The position numbers were made by a program, and so were the translations under genes. The notes beneath the pieces were generated by a model. That model did no database searches, was not told the DNA's origin, and worked only from the letters and a program-made list of their open reading frames with translations. A DNA stretch of 64,000 nucleotides from Octopus bimaculoides (lineage: Eukaryota), in the NCBI RefSeq assembly GCF_001194135.2, contig NC_068993.1:50272869-50336868 (forward strand). Direction: 5' to 3'. Position 1 is the stretch's first letter. Each line of letters starts with the position of its first letter. Below are positions 27,471-40,822 of this stretch, piece by piece.

Positions 27471-28383
27471 ATATTCCTTTCTCATTCCTTCTTGCTCTCC
27501 CTTCTCTTTAAGTAATAAAACATTTTATACCTTCGCTCCTCCTTCTCCCTCTCTCACTCACTTTAATGTACTCCACTCTCAGCAGAGTGACTCTAGATGG
27601 TTTCTGATACCCTATCATCACAGCTAAGAAACCCTGTACTGTTTAGATAAGCCATCCGACTAATTCTCTCCAACCCCCTTTCTTTTTAGTTTACACAGAG
27701 AGAGAGAGAAAGAGAGAGAGAGAGAAAGAGAGAGGATGAGTGGGAGAGTGAGAAATCCATCCACCCTTCTGGAACGGCACCTCCACTCGCCCTCCCCTCG
27801 CCTTCCCCTCAAAATCACACTTACCCTTGCACACTCTCCCTACTGATTATCTTCACAGCTGTATGTGTGTGTTCCTCCCACATCTGATGGGGAGGGGGGG
27901 TTACAGCATCAACCATTTCTGATGTTTACTGTTGTTGTTGTTGTCGTCGTCGTCGTTGTTGTTGTTGTTGTTGTTGTAGTGCTGCCATTTCAACCACGCT
28001 AGTTCTGCATTACCTGCATAGTTGGAATCTGATTGACTGTTGGCAGGCATAGTCGTACACCCACCTGCCCAAACCCTCCATCTGCACCTGTATTGCCACC
28101 ACATTTCAACACTTAAGAAAGGTGGGGGGTGGGGGTGAGGGCGGGTTACATAAACACACACACACATACACACACATGTACACACATACACACACACACA
28201 CACACATGTACACACCTGCTTTCTATTTCCATTGTGAAACAAGTTTCTCTTTATACATCTTAATATGTGTGTGTGTGTGTATATATATGTATATAGGTGT
28301 GTGTATGTATGTATATATGTGAGTGTATGCATGTATATATGTGTGTGTGCATATGTATATATATTTGTATGTATGTATGCAGA

Positions 28384-28427
<44 letters not shown>

Positions 28428-28903
28428 ATGTGTGTGTGTGTGTGTTTATGTGTGTAAGTGTATCAGTGTTTATCTTGTTTATTATGCATGTATGTACACT
28501 TGCGTCTTTTGTTTACCTTGTCTGTTATTAGAAATATTCCATGTGTTTGTGTTAGTATGTGTATGCATGTGGAGTGTCGTGTACACACATTTTGTAGAAC
28601 CTTTATGGTGAGGTGTAGCAAGGGTAGAGTGGTTGACTGGCAGTAACTTGGTTTTCTAAAGAGTCCTAATAAATTTACTTTTGTTCTCTTACTGGTTTCA
28701 ATCATTGGACTACAGCCATGCTGGGGAATTGCTTGCAAGGTTTTAGTAAATCTTATAATAAGCCCCATCCCCTCTTCTTCATTTCAGTCCAGTACTTACT
28801 TAATTTTAGTATAATCTATTTGTTGAACTGCTAGGTTATTTGGTATAAAGTGACACCACATACACATCTTACCAGTGTCAGCATAAAACATGGACAGATG
28901 TGT

Positions 28904-28945
<42 letters not shown>

Positions 28946-28974
28946 GCAATAACAGCAGCAGACTTCTGAAGAGT

Positions 28975-29122
28975 TTCTGTCTACCAAATTCTACTCACAG
29001 AGTAATTGTCATCTTGAGACTATCTTAGAAGACACTTAGCCAAGGTATTTCACTCTTAAGAGAGGATTGAACCCAGAACCATGTGGTTGTGAAGCAAATT
29101 TCGTAGTCACACAACCGTGTCT
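28975..29122 (-). mobile_element. SINE family B head, degenerate
   Basis: GTCTACCAAATT...GAACCCAGAACCATGTGGTTG shared with the 56406 copy. Confidence 0.65.
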
Positions 29123-29670
29123 ATGTGAATATATATTATATATTTTATTTTATTTCTCTCTCGTTTTTTTTTTTGTAAAATTCTGACATTTTTGAAAATA
29201 TAGNNNNNNNNNNNNNNNNNNNNNNNNNNNNNNNNNNNNNNNNNNNNNNNNNNNNNNNNNNNNNNNNNNNNNNNNNNNNNNNCAATAAACAAAATAATTA
29301 GCCAAATTAAACCAAATAAATGCCAAGAAAATAATGTCAGATGATGTTAATTAACATTGATACTTGTTTTATTATATTTGTTTTGGTTGTTGCTTTTACC
29401 ATTGTTTTGTTTGAGAAATATTGATGTCTATAGGTTTTTCTTTTTTATTATTATATATACTTAGATTGGTAGGGTATTGGTAACTGGGTGAATTTAATTT
29501 ATGGGAGTCGATGTCTGATGATAGATTTATCACACTGTATTGGTGTGTATAATGCTAGTGGTGGTGTATAACCGTATTAGTAACTAATGGTATTATTCAT
29601 GGACAGCTGTATTTGCAGATATGTTGATACGGGTGTATCTATCCATGCATATCTATCTGTTTGTGTTTGT

Positions 29671-29760
29671 CATCATCATTTACTGTCCACTTTTCTATGC
29701 TAGTATGGGTTGGAGAAAATTTGTTGAGGCAAATTTTCTACAGCCAGATGCCCTTCCTCT
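29671..29760 (-). mobile_element. SINE family A-related short variant
   Basis: CATCATCATTTA...ATGCTAGTATGGGTTGG...TTTCTACAGCCAGATGCCCTTCC; tail and core with a shortened spacer. Confidence 0.65.
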
Positions 29761-29809
29761 GTGTGCAGTGTGTTTATAATATATGTAATGTATATACATA
29801 TATATATAT

Positions 29810-30142
29810 CATCATCATCATCATTTAACGTCTGCTTTCCATGCTAGCATGGGTTGGACAATTTGACTGAGGACTGGTGAAACCCGATGGCTACACCAGG
29901 CTCCAATCTGATTTGGCAGAGTTTCTACAGCTGGATGCCCTTCCTAACGCCAACCACTCCGAGAGTGTAGTGGGTGCTTTTACGTGTCACCGGCACGAAG
30001 GCCAGTCAGTCGATACTGGCAATGGCCATGCTCAAAATGGTGTATTTTATGTGCCACCCGCACAAGAGCCAGTCCAGGAGCACTGGCAACGATCTCGCTC
30101 GAAAGTCCTTACGCATGCTGCAGGCACAAGTGCCAGAAAGGC

Positions 30143-30146
<4 letters not shown>
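29810..30146 (-). mobile_element. SINE family A, longest copy in the window
   Basis: Full tail, core and body, extending further 5' than the other copies; source of the spurious MKPDGYTRLQSD ORF. Confidence 0.9.
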
Positions 30147-30179
<33 letters not shown>

Positions 30180-30501
30180 ACATACATACAACCTAATACG
30201 TGTATGTGATTAAGCAAGGTAGTGAAAGATGCAATATATCTATCAGTCACAAGTAACAGAGTCTGTATCTTTGGTATACACAGAAGATGCAAGCCATCAT
30301 AAGGACATCTATCAAATACATCTAACCAAACCACACCATTATTGTTGGACTGAAAGACAGCTGTTACATGATCAAAACATGAGCTAGTAAGGAAGATTGT
30401 TTCCTGTAAACACAACCTACTAAAACTGTTAGTCAAATACCTTCAAATCACACTGTATGATATTAGGAATATGACATATTGGATAATGCAGACATTGCTT
30501 T

Positions 30502-30543
<42 letters not shown>

Positions 30544-30656
30544 TTTTGTCATTAATTAAAACTGAATTTGTAGGTGTTGTTACTGAGAATTTCTCGTATC
30601 CAGTGGCTGAAACAAGAAAAGCAAAGGAATATATATATGAACACAAATGCAAGAAT

Positions 30657-30691
<35 letters not shown>

Positions 30692-30815
30692 TGCATGCAT
30701 GCACACTCACACACATCAATTTTCATCTGTAGTGTATTACATTGTCTTATTCTTGTGATTGCATAAACTGATGTTCAGTTGTTTCACATACTTGCACTTG
30801 CATACAAACATGTAA

Positions 30816-30857
<42 letters not shown>

Positions 30858-33355
30858 ATGTATGCTTACACTCATGTTGAAACCCATATGATACATGCAC
30901 ACAAGATTTTCCTTCATTGTGAGTAGATTTAATTTTGGTGGTGGTGGTCGTGGTGGTGGTTGTGGGGAAGTGCTAAATGTATTTATGTATGATAAAACAT
31001 TTACAATCAAAAGAATGCATTGAACACACACATATACATGCACACACATACACACACACATCTATCTATACTTTCTCACACATATACACTCGTGCAAGTA
31101 ATTTTTAGAGTTTTATGAATTTCTGCTGCTAAATTAATATTCCTTACAATTAACCCAATAAATAAAGTGACAAAGAAATTTGACAAAAGAAATAGCTAGC
31201 TGTAAAATCCATCTCGTGGATTAATTTATAAAAAGAAAAAAAAAAAGAAAAGAAAAGAAATTGCTGTGCATTTTTGTTTCAAGACTACAAACTCAGCTTA
31301 TAACCCCTCTGTTTAAAAAAATAAATAAATAAATAAAATTTAAATAAAATGAAATAAAACAAAGCAAAAATTAAATTTATAATATTAATAACAATAACGA
31401 CTTTTAAAAATTCCATTTAATCTATCCCTTGAAAAGTGATAAAAAAGGTAATTTTCTAAAAAAAATTCAGCTTTATTTTATTTTTTTTTATTTTTTAATT
31501 ACATTATTTATTTTTTGGTTTTTTGGTTTTTCGGCAGCAATAACATCTACAATTACAGCAGCTATGACAACAACATCAACAACATAAATAACTACTACAA
31601 AGTAGAGGGCTAAATAAATTATGTTCTGTGATCTTTGCTAACTTAAAAATGCATGTGTAAATCATATGCAGCAACAAACTTCCTTGTGATTCCTGTATTT
31701 CTTGGTTAGATTATTTTAAATGTTCGACAGGGAAATGAGTAGAAGTGTGTGTGGGGGTGTGCTTCAAAATTTGTAATAAATCAAATTTAGGGTTTTTAAA
31801 AATTGATTTAAATTAGTCATACCAAAGATTTATTGCTCCAATAATTTAGAGAGCTTCTAAGATAAAATGGTTCCTGCTTTTTCTTTTTTCTTCTTTTACT
31901 TCGTTTCTTTTTCTCCCTTCTCCCTCTCTCTCTTTCTTTTTCTCTCTCCGTTTTCTTCTACTTTGGTCAAGCCATTCTCCGCCTTCTCCTCTTGCATTTG
32001 TTTTTTATATTTTTCAATGCTACCTTTTTTGTTTTTACTTTGTCTTTGATTGTTTCACTGACAAGATTTCAGTCCAAGATAAATGATCCCTCCACCACCA
32101 CCACCACCACCATCCACACAACATCTCCCAATCTTCACTTTGTTATTGTTGTTCTTTCTTTGAGCTGGATGATGATGATCGTGATAATGAAATTATTGGT
32201 GATGAGGATGATGATAATGATAACGGACAGCCTTTTCCTTTTCTTCCTATGTTGTGGATTAATTACGCTTTTTTGCATTCTCTGTGTTCTTTGCAGTAAA
32301 TATCTACTTAACCACTACACATTTTCCCCAAACTGCTTCATTCACATCACCTTTCTTACCTCCTCTCTCTCGTTTTCTTCTTTTTCTTTCCTTCTTTATC
32401 AGTTTCTTGTTCTTGTTGTTGCAGTTCTTATCAAAGAACTTGAATCAAAATGTAATTCTTATTTCGTCTCTCCAATCCCCTGCATCTATTTCAAATTTAG
32501 CTTAATTTTTCAAAATAATCTTTCTCCAAAAGAATTTTTAAAATGTCTTTCTTTTTTCTCTATTATTTTATATAACAACATTTGGCCAATAATTAATTTA
32601 TTATTATCATTATTATTATTATCATCATCATCATCATCATAGTCATCATGATGCTTGTTCATATATTGGAATGACTTGTTTTTGTGTAAAACTGTTTCTG
32701 TCAGAAGTTACAAGGATGGCATTTCATTTAGTTTTTATTTTCACATTCTTTTAATTTTTTTTTCTTTTTTTTTTTTGTAATTTTCATGTGAAAATGAGCA
32801 ACAAGTGTTGCATGAAAGTTCTGGTTGAAAAGATAATTGAAATAAATTGACCATTCCAAGTACATGTATTGCCTGTCCATATGTCTGTGTGAATTCCTTT
32901 TCTGTGTGCTCTTTTTTTCTCTCTATATATGTTTATTTGTTTGTGTNNNNNNNNNNNNNNNNNNNNNNNNNNNNNNNNNNNNNNNNNNNNNNNNNNNNNN
33001 NNNNNNNNNNNNNNNNNNNNNNNNNNNNNNNNNNNNNNNNNNNNNNNNNNNNNNNNNNNNNNNNNNNNNNNNNNNNNNNNNNNNNNNNNNNNNNNNNNNN
33101 NNNNNNNNNNNNNNNNNNNNNNNNNATATATATATAGTCTGTAACAATAATCTAGAAGTTCTGTGATAAATGGAAGCACAAACGCTTCTACATCAACTAC
33201 CCAGCCACCCAGCCACCCATTCCATCAGTTAGAAAGATAGATGATGCATTGATGCATCAAACCTGCACATGACACCTCTAAATCAGACTTTGAATATAGA
33301 AGAGAGTTGGGTGGAAAAACCTTTGCCCTTGCTTCCTCCCCTACACACACACACA

Positions 33356-33399
<44 letters not shown>

Positions 33400-33605
33400 G
33401 CCCCTTTATATCAGCAATATCTGTCTATAGCACTTGCTCAGTTCCAGTGCCATTCTTATCTGCTGTCTTTGAAAATCATCCAGCCCATATCATCTGCTTT
33501 CCTCTCTGCTCTGGAGGTATTTCATGGTCCAGAGTTTCCTCGCTTTTTCTTGTTTTGTCTTCCCGGATGTGGATACAAGGGAAAAGATAGCTTTTCTGTT
33601 TCCCC

Positions 33606-33643
<38 letters not shown>

Positions 33644-36622
33644 TTGTTTGTTGGTTTATCTCTTTGTCATTCTCTTCTTGTCTTTCTAACTACGCTGTTC
33701 CTTCTCCTATAATGTCTTGATTTTGTGATTTCTTGGTGATGTTCATGTCAGTTTACTCTGCTGTTTATGCTTGATATATAGATAGACAGACAGCAAGAGA
33801 AATAGAGATAGATAGAGAGAGAGAGAGAGAGAGCAAAGTATTGGCAGATAAATAGACAGTCAAGGTTAAGGATGGAGGTGGTGGGGAGTGTGATTGAAAG
33901 GGTGGGGTAGCAGGCAGTCAGACAGATTGTTTTCTCCTCCTGACACTGACCTTATTTTTAAGATTACTGATAGTAGTTCAGTAAAGGGAGAGGTGGGGTG
34001 GTGTGGTCTTCGATAACGGTTTGACCTGGTGGGTACAGTTGATTAGGGTTTGTGCAAGTCTAGATATTTAGCCTCCCCAACCCTGAAATGAGGGGCTGGA
34101 AGGAGGTTGGGCATTCTTTTGAAGATTCCTGAAGGTTTGCATTGACTTGTGCCTGCCGAAATTTACTTCACTAAATCATAATGATTCTTTATTTGTAAGG
34201 GCTTGAAATTGAACCTGCAACCTTTCACTCACTTAATTTGCACTCTGTCACTCTCTTCTTAATATTGATATTGATTTTATATTTTAGTTTTTTTTTTTTT
34301 TTTTTTNNNNNNNNNNTATTTGTAAGGGCTTGAAATTGAACCTGCAACCTTTCACTCACTTAATTTGCACTCTGTCACTCTCTTCTTAATATTGATATTG
34401 ATTTTATATTTTAGTTTTTTTTTTTTTTTCAATTTTTTTTTTTAAAGTTTTGTTTTTGGTTTTGTAGTTGTTCATTCATTCATAAATATTTCATTTTCTG
34501 GTAATTATCCTGAGTAGTTGTTGTTGGCCTTTTGAATAGAATTAAAAAAATTTTTTTGTCTGTTTATCTCTCTATCTCAGTGATCCCCAATACTCAATAA
34601 TCTTTCTGTCTAACAACACATCCCTGTTTGTTCATAGTAGTTCAATAGGCAACCTTTCATTTAATTGAGTTCATCGTACAAAATTGACCTAGTAAAACAA
34701 AAGTAAAGCGAGAAGAGAAATATAAGAAAAATACAACCAAATAAATAAATAATGTTGCTAGTAATGACATTGTTGATGATGATGATGATGATGATGATTT
34801 CTAACTTAGGTACAAGGTCAAAAATTTGGTAGATGGTGGGACTGCAGGAGCAATTGCTTCTATCTTGATCCCAGTACGTAACTGATACTTTATTTCATGG
34901 ATCAAAAGCAAAGACTACCTTGTTGGGATTTTGTAATTTAGGAACAAGACAAGACTATCCAGTATCAGCTCAAGAAATCTGCTGCTTATTTTGTCATTCA
35001 AATTGTCATGTCACCAAAAATATAATCTTTGCATTCAGTTGGATCAGATTTATAATTTACTTCTCTTAATTCAGAGTGAGATTGACAACTCTGCTTACTG
35101 CACTGTGTGATCTCTTGCCCTGCTAAACATAGCAGCCAAATCCATCTTAGATTATACGCCACAATAGGCATCACACTATTTTAGTTCCTAATATTATATA
35201 AGATCATTCTGGCTTGAATGTCTCGTCATAGGACTGCTGAATCAGGCCCACCTAGGGTTAAACAAAAGCCTCTGTTAATTAATTATCCTCTAAACCCTGC
35301 TTTAATTGAAGATGAGATTTGAAGTAATTATAAGTGAGAGGTCTTAATCTCAACAAACCAATGCAACAAAGCTGTTATCAGTAATTATGAAGAAAATGAT
35401 GTGTGGTTGGATGGTATAAATCGTTATTTTCTTATATTCATTGAGGTTCTAAGCTCAAATCTTTGGAGAATGGCGTCAGAAAGAATGGTTAAAGTGCTGA
35501 TCAAATAAATGTCTAGTAGTTAACTTTATATTTTGAGTCTAGGTTGCACCATCTTTGCTTTCCAGTCCAGATTTGGTGAAATAATTACCAGCAATATACT
35601 AGAATTCAACCAGCTATATCTCAACCCCTCCATTACATGGAATCCTTCTTATTATAATTGCTATCATTGTCATCATCATCATCATCATCGTTGTTATGGT
35701 ACATTACTCACAGCATTAGATTTATTTTGGGATACTTTTGTTAGTTACTACATCTCTTCTATGACCAAAACCCTAAGGCAATAAGTCATCCAGATTTAAT
35801 TCTGATAGAATTGAAGAAAGTCTTAGCAATCTAAGGCAAGGCAAACCATCCATGATTTAAGAACAGGACAAAAAAAAAAAAAAAGGTGGTTATTTCAACC
35901 ACGTTATTCTTGTATGGTTTTGATGTCAAGAACTTGCATTCTGAATCCTCTGCTCAGAAGAAGATAACCCACCACACGATTGCTTGCTTACTGTTATTTT
36001 CCATCAGGGTTATATAGTGGACAAAGACACTTTACAATGATGTATTAGGGAAACGGTGAGACATTTATTAAATATTTATAGCTATCACTATGATTCATTG
36101 GCACTTCTGTCTGTTGGATTTTGTACCACACCCTACCATACCACCTGTCACTATGGGATGCAGCAAAATTTATCATCGTATTCTACCCTAACCATAACCC
36201 TATTTGATGCTATTACTACACTGTATACTATCCTATTCTGCTGTTATCCTCGCTTCTCTACCCTCACCTTCATCTGATGCTATAATTAATATTCATTTCA
36301 ATTGGGAACTACTTGACTTTGTGTTTTTATTTGGTGGTGGTGGTGGTGGTGGTGGGTGTCAGGGTTACAGGATCGTTGCTGTTGTCGGATTGTTACTTCT
36401 ACTCTTCTTTTCGGAAATTCACAACATTTTTTCTTTGTCTTGTTTTCTTTCTTTCTTACTTACTTATTCCTCACCCACTCCACCCAGCCCTCACCCACCN
36501 NNNNNNNNNGCATTGACAAAAACTTGGTTGGATAAATTTTTCATGGAATATATATTATATATTTTTTTTCCATTACAAGAATATATCATAAATTTGACCT
36601 AACTCGCCTCTTTTTATGTATC

Positions 36623-36673
<51 letters not shown>

Positions 36674-37436
36674 TGATGTGTGTGTGTGAAGTTATATGTA
36701 TGGATATTCGTGTACGTACAAATGTGTATGGTTGTATAAAAATAGTTTTGTGTGTTTATATACATGTGTGTTAGCATGCACATATAACTGCGTTAATGTG
36801 TGTACAATAATGTATGTAGATTTTGATGTTAAGCAGTGTTGTTTTGTCATAGCATATTTATAACTAACTGCTTTACAATTCTGTCTGGTTTAACGTCTGT
36901 TGTCGTTGTCAGGACTCACTAGATGTCCCGTCGATTACGATATACAAATATGCTCTGATGAGGAAAAAAGGCATTGTGTGAAAATATTCATGATGGTTAC
37001 AGCCCCATCTTCATTTTTTTGTTGCATTTTATTATCATTATTATTATTATTATTAGGATTATATTGTTTGTTTTTTATATTACAAAAGACAATTGCTAGC
37101 TTTGTAGGTGGGGTGCGCAGCAGTCTGAGAGCAAGAAAAATAGCAAACTATTTCTCATTCATGTGCTTCTTATATTATGAAAGCGACCTTTCAGATGGGC
37201 AAAAAAGTTATAAATCATTCAATTGATGGATGGTTTTATAATGCCTGGTTCCCCTGATACCCCCCTCTCTCCCACCCACTTTTGTATTAATTTTGTTTTT
37301 TGTTGTTCCATCTTTATAACGACAGTGTGTTGCTGTTAAATTCTCCTGAAAACTGGAGATTAATCCAAAAGTTTTGATTTCTTTACACACTGCACCATTT
37401 ATTTATTTATTGTTTTTTAACCATTATTCCTGTCCT

Positions 37437-37568
37437 GGAGGCATAGTTGTGTGGTTAAGAAGTTCTGCTTCACAACCAAATGGTTCTAGATTCAATCCCA
37501 CTGTATGGCAATTTGGTCGACCAGAGCTTTGTGAGTGGAATTTTGTGGAAATTCATTTTATAGATGGA
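37437..37568 (+). mobile_element. Degenerate SINE family B head with an internal deletion
   Basis: GTTGTGTGGTTAAGAAG...GATTCAATCCCACTG...CTTTGTGAGTGGA. Confidence 0.6.
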
Positions 37569-37858
37569 TAGAGAGAGAGAGAGATGGTTTGGTATAAATA
37601 TGTGCATAAACATGGCATGTAACCATATATTTAGAACTCTGCATAATCCATTACATTCCAAATTTTATCCTGAAAGTGGGTTCTTGCTAATATTCAAATA
37701 ATCCTATGACGTGAGCAGAAGCTATAATATCCATAGAGTACTCATTTTATAATAATCATATATATATATGTATATGTATGTATGTATGTATATATGTTTG
37801 TATGTATGTATGTATATATGTATATATATATGTGTGTATGTAAATAAATATATGTATA

Positions 37859-37911
<53 letters not shown>

Positions 37912-38311
37912 GTGTATGTATATATGTGTTTAAGTCATCTTCATCACCGTTATTATTATTAATGATGTTAGAATGACCATAAAAAAACAATATTTTTATG
38001 TATCAACATCACAAGTGTATAATCTAAACATTTATCTATCTATTAGCTACTGTTCTAATCATGATTTCACTTTGAGTATTGAAAAGATCCATATCAAATG
38101 GCGTTTGTTTGTAACAATTATTATTGAGAGATCAAAATTAGTGCAGTATCCATTTAAGTTATGTGTTCAAATCCTACTAATATCAATCAAGGACTAGGTT
38201 TGATCTCATCAACAATATGATCCTCCCAAAACAATTTGTCATAACCTTTAAAATCATTTTAGTTGTTGTTGTCTATTGAAATTATTATTATTATTATTAT
38301 TTTAATATTAG

Positions 38312-38416
38312 TTTAATCTTATATTTATCTTTCTTTATCTTTTCTTTTTAGGTAAGTACCTTTTACTAACTCAGCTTTGAATTGAGATGTAAACATTGAT
38401 GGTCCGGTAGGTAATG
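38312..38416 (+). other. Candidate recursive splice site (TAG|GTAAGT at 38351/38352) with cryptic RS-exon
   Basis: 38-nt AG-free pyrimidine-rich tract, then TAG directly followed by GTAAGT; downstream donors CCG|GTAGGT (38407) and TAG|GTAATG (38411). Confidence 0.4.
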
Positions 38417-40789
38417 TATGGCTTAGTTCTTGTGATGTTTATTTAATCCCTCTTGAAACCCTCTAAATGGTGAAGAACACAGAAATCATTCCCAAATGTG
38501 GTCTATTTGTGGTCTTGGCAGAATAATGAGAATTATCTGGTTTTCTTTATAGAAATTACATTTATGTTTCAGAACAAATTAACACACTAACATTAACTTA
38601 TTATAGAATGAAGTATAACACAAAAAGTACATTGTAGTGGGTAATTTTAATCAATTAAATCTACACAAAAATTGCTGTGATCTGTTCACTGACAGAGATG
38701 CAGTGGAATTATGCTAGTGAGCAAGTTGCTGAAGTGCAATGAAACTTTCTGACACTTCTTAATAAGATAGTATTATAAAGAAATAAAGGAAAAGCAAATA
38801 TAGTATTTTGTAGCTTTAATGACCCTCTTATGATGTAATCATTTCTCTTTCAACATACAATTTCAGATCAAGTCTCTTACCAAACCACTCCAAATTCTGT
38901 ATTATATATATATATGTGTGTGTGCGCATGTGTGTTTGTCTGTGTGTAGGAAGCTATATTTATTATACTGTAATATTTTGTTTTGAAATAATTATACATT
39001 TGGAAACTTTCAATTATCCTTTCAAAGTGATTCAAAATATAAACAGAAGAAGTTGGACGACAAAGTCACCACATAGAATTTGGTTTGACAATTTAGTTCC
39101 TAGTTAGATTCCCTGCTTATCAAATTGTGATACCCACTGATCGTGATGTTAGTGTACCGAAACTCTCACCATCTGGTTTTGAGTTCAAGTGTATTACAGT
39201 AGTACTGTCATACTCTGAGCAATATACATATATGACACAAACTGTCTCCAGTTACTCTGACTGATAAAAATGGAAAGCAAAGAAACAAAGTATATTGTAC
39301 ACTTATTCCATATTTGAGTAGTGGTTAAAAATACAAAAGGCATCCACCCAGCCGTTAAAACAATTACACCAACAAACTGCCATGTTAACATGGAAACAAG
39401 ATGTAAAATAGCAACAAAGGCAACATCAACAACATTTTAAAATCCCTAGAAAATTGGCGATGCTTTTGAAATTCGAAATTGTTTCTTATACTGATATGCT
39501 AAATCTTGAAATAAAAAAAGAATTTCTTGTGCTAACACTGCAACATAAATTTTACATTTTTTTTACTTGGTTATTTTATTGTTTACATATTGCTTTGTGA
39601 CCAGCACTTTCTAAATACACACGCACGCGTACGCATGTTATAGCTGGCATACTAGGCCCAAAATTGCAAGAATGGTCGGTCTCCTTGTTCTGAAATTGTA
39701 TCTTTCAATTGTAACTGTTCTGTCACTCTAGTGAGCTTGCTGTCATCCTGTGATTGTGTCAGGTCTGTCAAAGAGTACGGTTTCTGTTTTGTGCGGGACA
39801 TAATGAGGGGAGGACTGGCATTAAGATTTGGCTGTTACATTAGATCGCTCAATAGAGGCCCAGAGATTGAACCATCTTCAAGTAATTACTAGTATATTTG
39901 TGTGTATTTGTGTATGTATATATATATGTACACTAGCACACACTAGTAACTGAGGTTGTTCCTTGCTACTAAAAGGCTCTGTGCCAGACTTTGCTACTAC
40001 TACTACTACTACTACTGTAGTTGTGATCTGCCTTTTATCAAACATCTTCATTCCTCTTTCCCTTCATTTTTGTCTACTTTAGGTCTTTTTTTTTTATCTA
40101 ATCTTGATTTTGTTATGGGTGTTATTATTATTATTATTATTGTTGTTGTTGTCATCATCAAAATTGCCTGCCTGAAGAGTGCAAACATAAGTTATCCTAT
40201 AAGATTTAACCCCCACCCCCCAAAATAAATAATAATAAATTTAAAAGAAAACCTAAACAACCCCAAACCCACTACACACACACACGCACACACACACAAA
40301 CAAGCATAAACACATTGAGAAAAATCTCCTTGCTCTCCTACACCCCCTCTCTCCAAACTTGCCCTCTCCACCTCCTGCTTCCTCTTCCTCTGTCTCCAAC
40401 GATCAATTTGCTAAAGTTCTTGTACCGTTCTTTGTTTCTCTGTGACTAGAAGTAAGTAACATTAATCTGTAGAGGAATCATGTAAAAGCATATTGCATTG
40501 CTGCTTTTGAGAATAACTGTAGATTTCTGCTGTGGAATGTATTCTACTTTAAAAGCTTCCAACCTGACTTAGTCCTTTTGAACTCTTGCAATTTTATTTC
40601 ATTCTCCTGTTTTTGTTGTCATCATTGTTGTTGTTGTTGTTATCGCTGTCGAATGTCGGTCGTGTTCTCGCTTTATCTATTTTAGTTCCTCCCTCTCTTT
40701 TTTTGTTTTACTTCCGAGTTTTGTGTACGTATGTGTGTATATATGTGTACATGTATGTATGATCATGTATGGGTGTGTACGTATGTATG

Positions 40790-40822
<33 letters not shown>

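Noticed and set aside
28014-28087. Possible 74-nt minus-strand exon (CAG|GTGCAG...GCAG|GTAATG)
   Set aside because: No pyrimidine tract upstream, all three frames uninformative, embedded between microsatellites.
29617-29654. AGATATGTTGATA (miR-190-like start) within a small inverted repeat
   Set aside because: The hairpin is only ~38 nt with a large asymmetric loop; too short and poorly paired for a pre-miRNA.
29877-30209. Recurrent ORF MKPDGYTRLQSDLAEFLQLDALPNANHSES (also 1086, 12953, 53987)
   Set aside because: Antisense translation of SINE family A; it recurs because the repeat recurs.
34190-34429. Exact ~115-bp direct duplication (34190-34306 and 34317-34429)
   Set aside because: The copies flank a 10-N gap and end in poly-T: an unmerged contig overlap (assembly artefact).
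36955-36990. CTGATGA...GAAA resembling a hammerhead core
   Set aside because: No helix II can form between the motifs and no helix I pairing flanks them.
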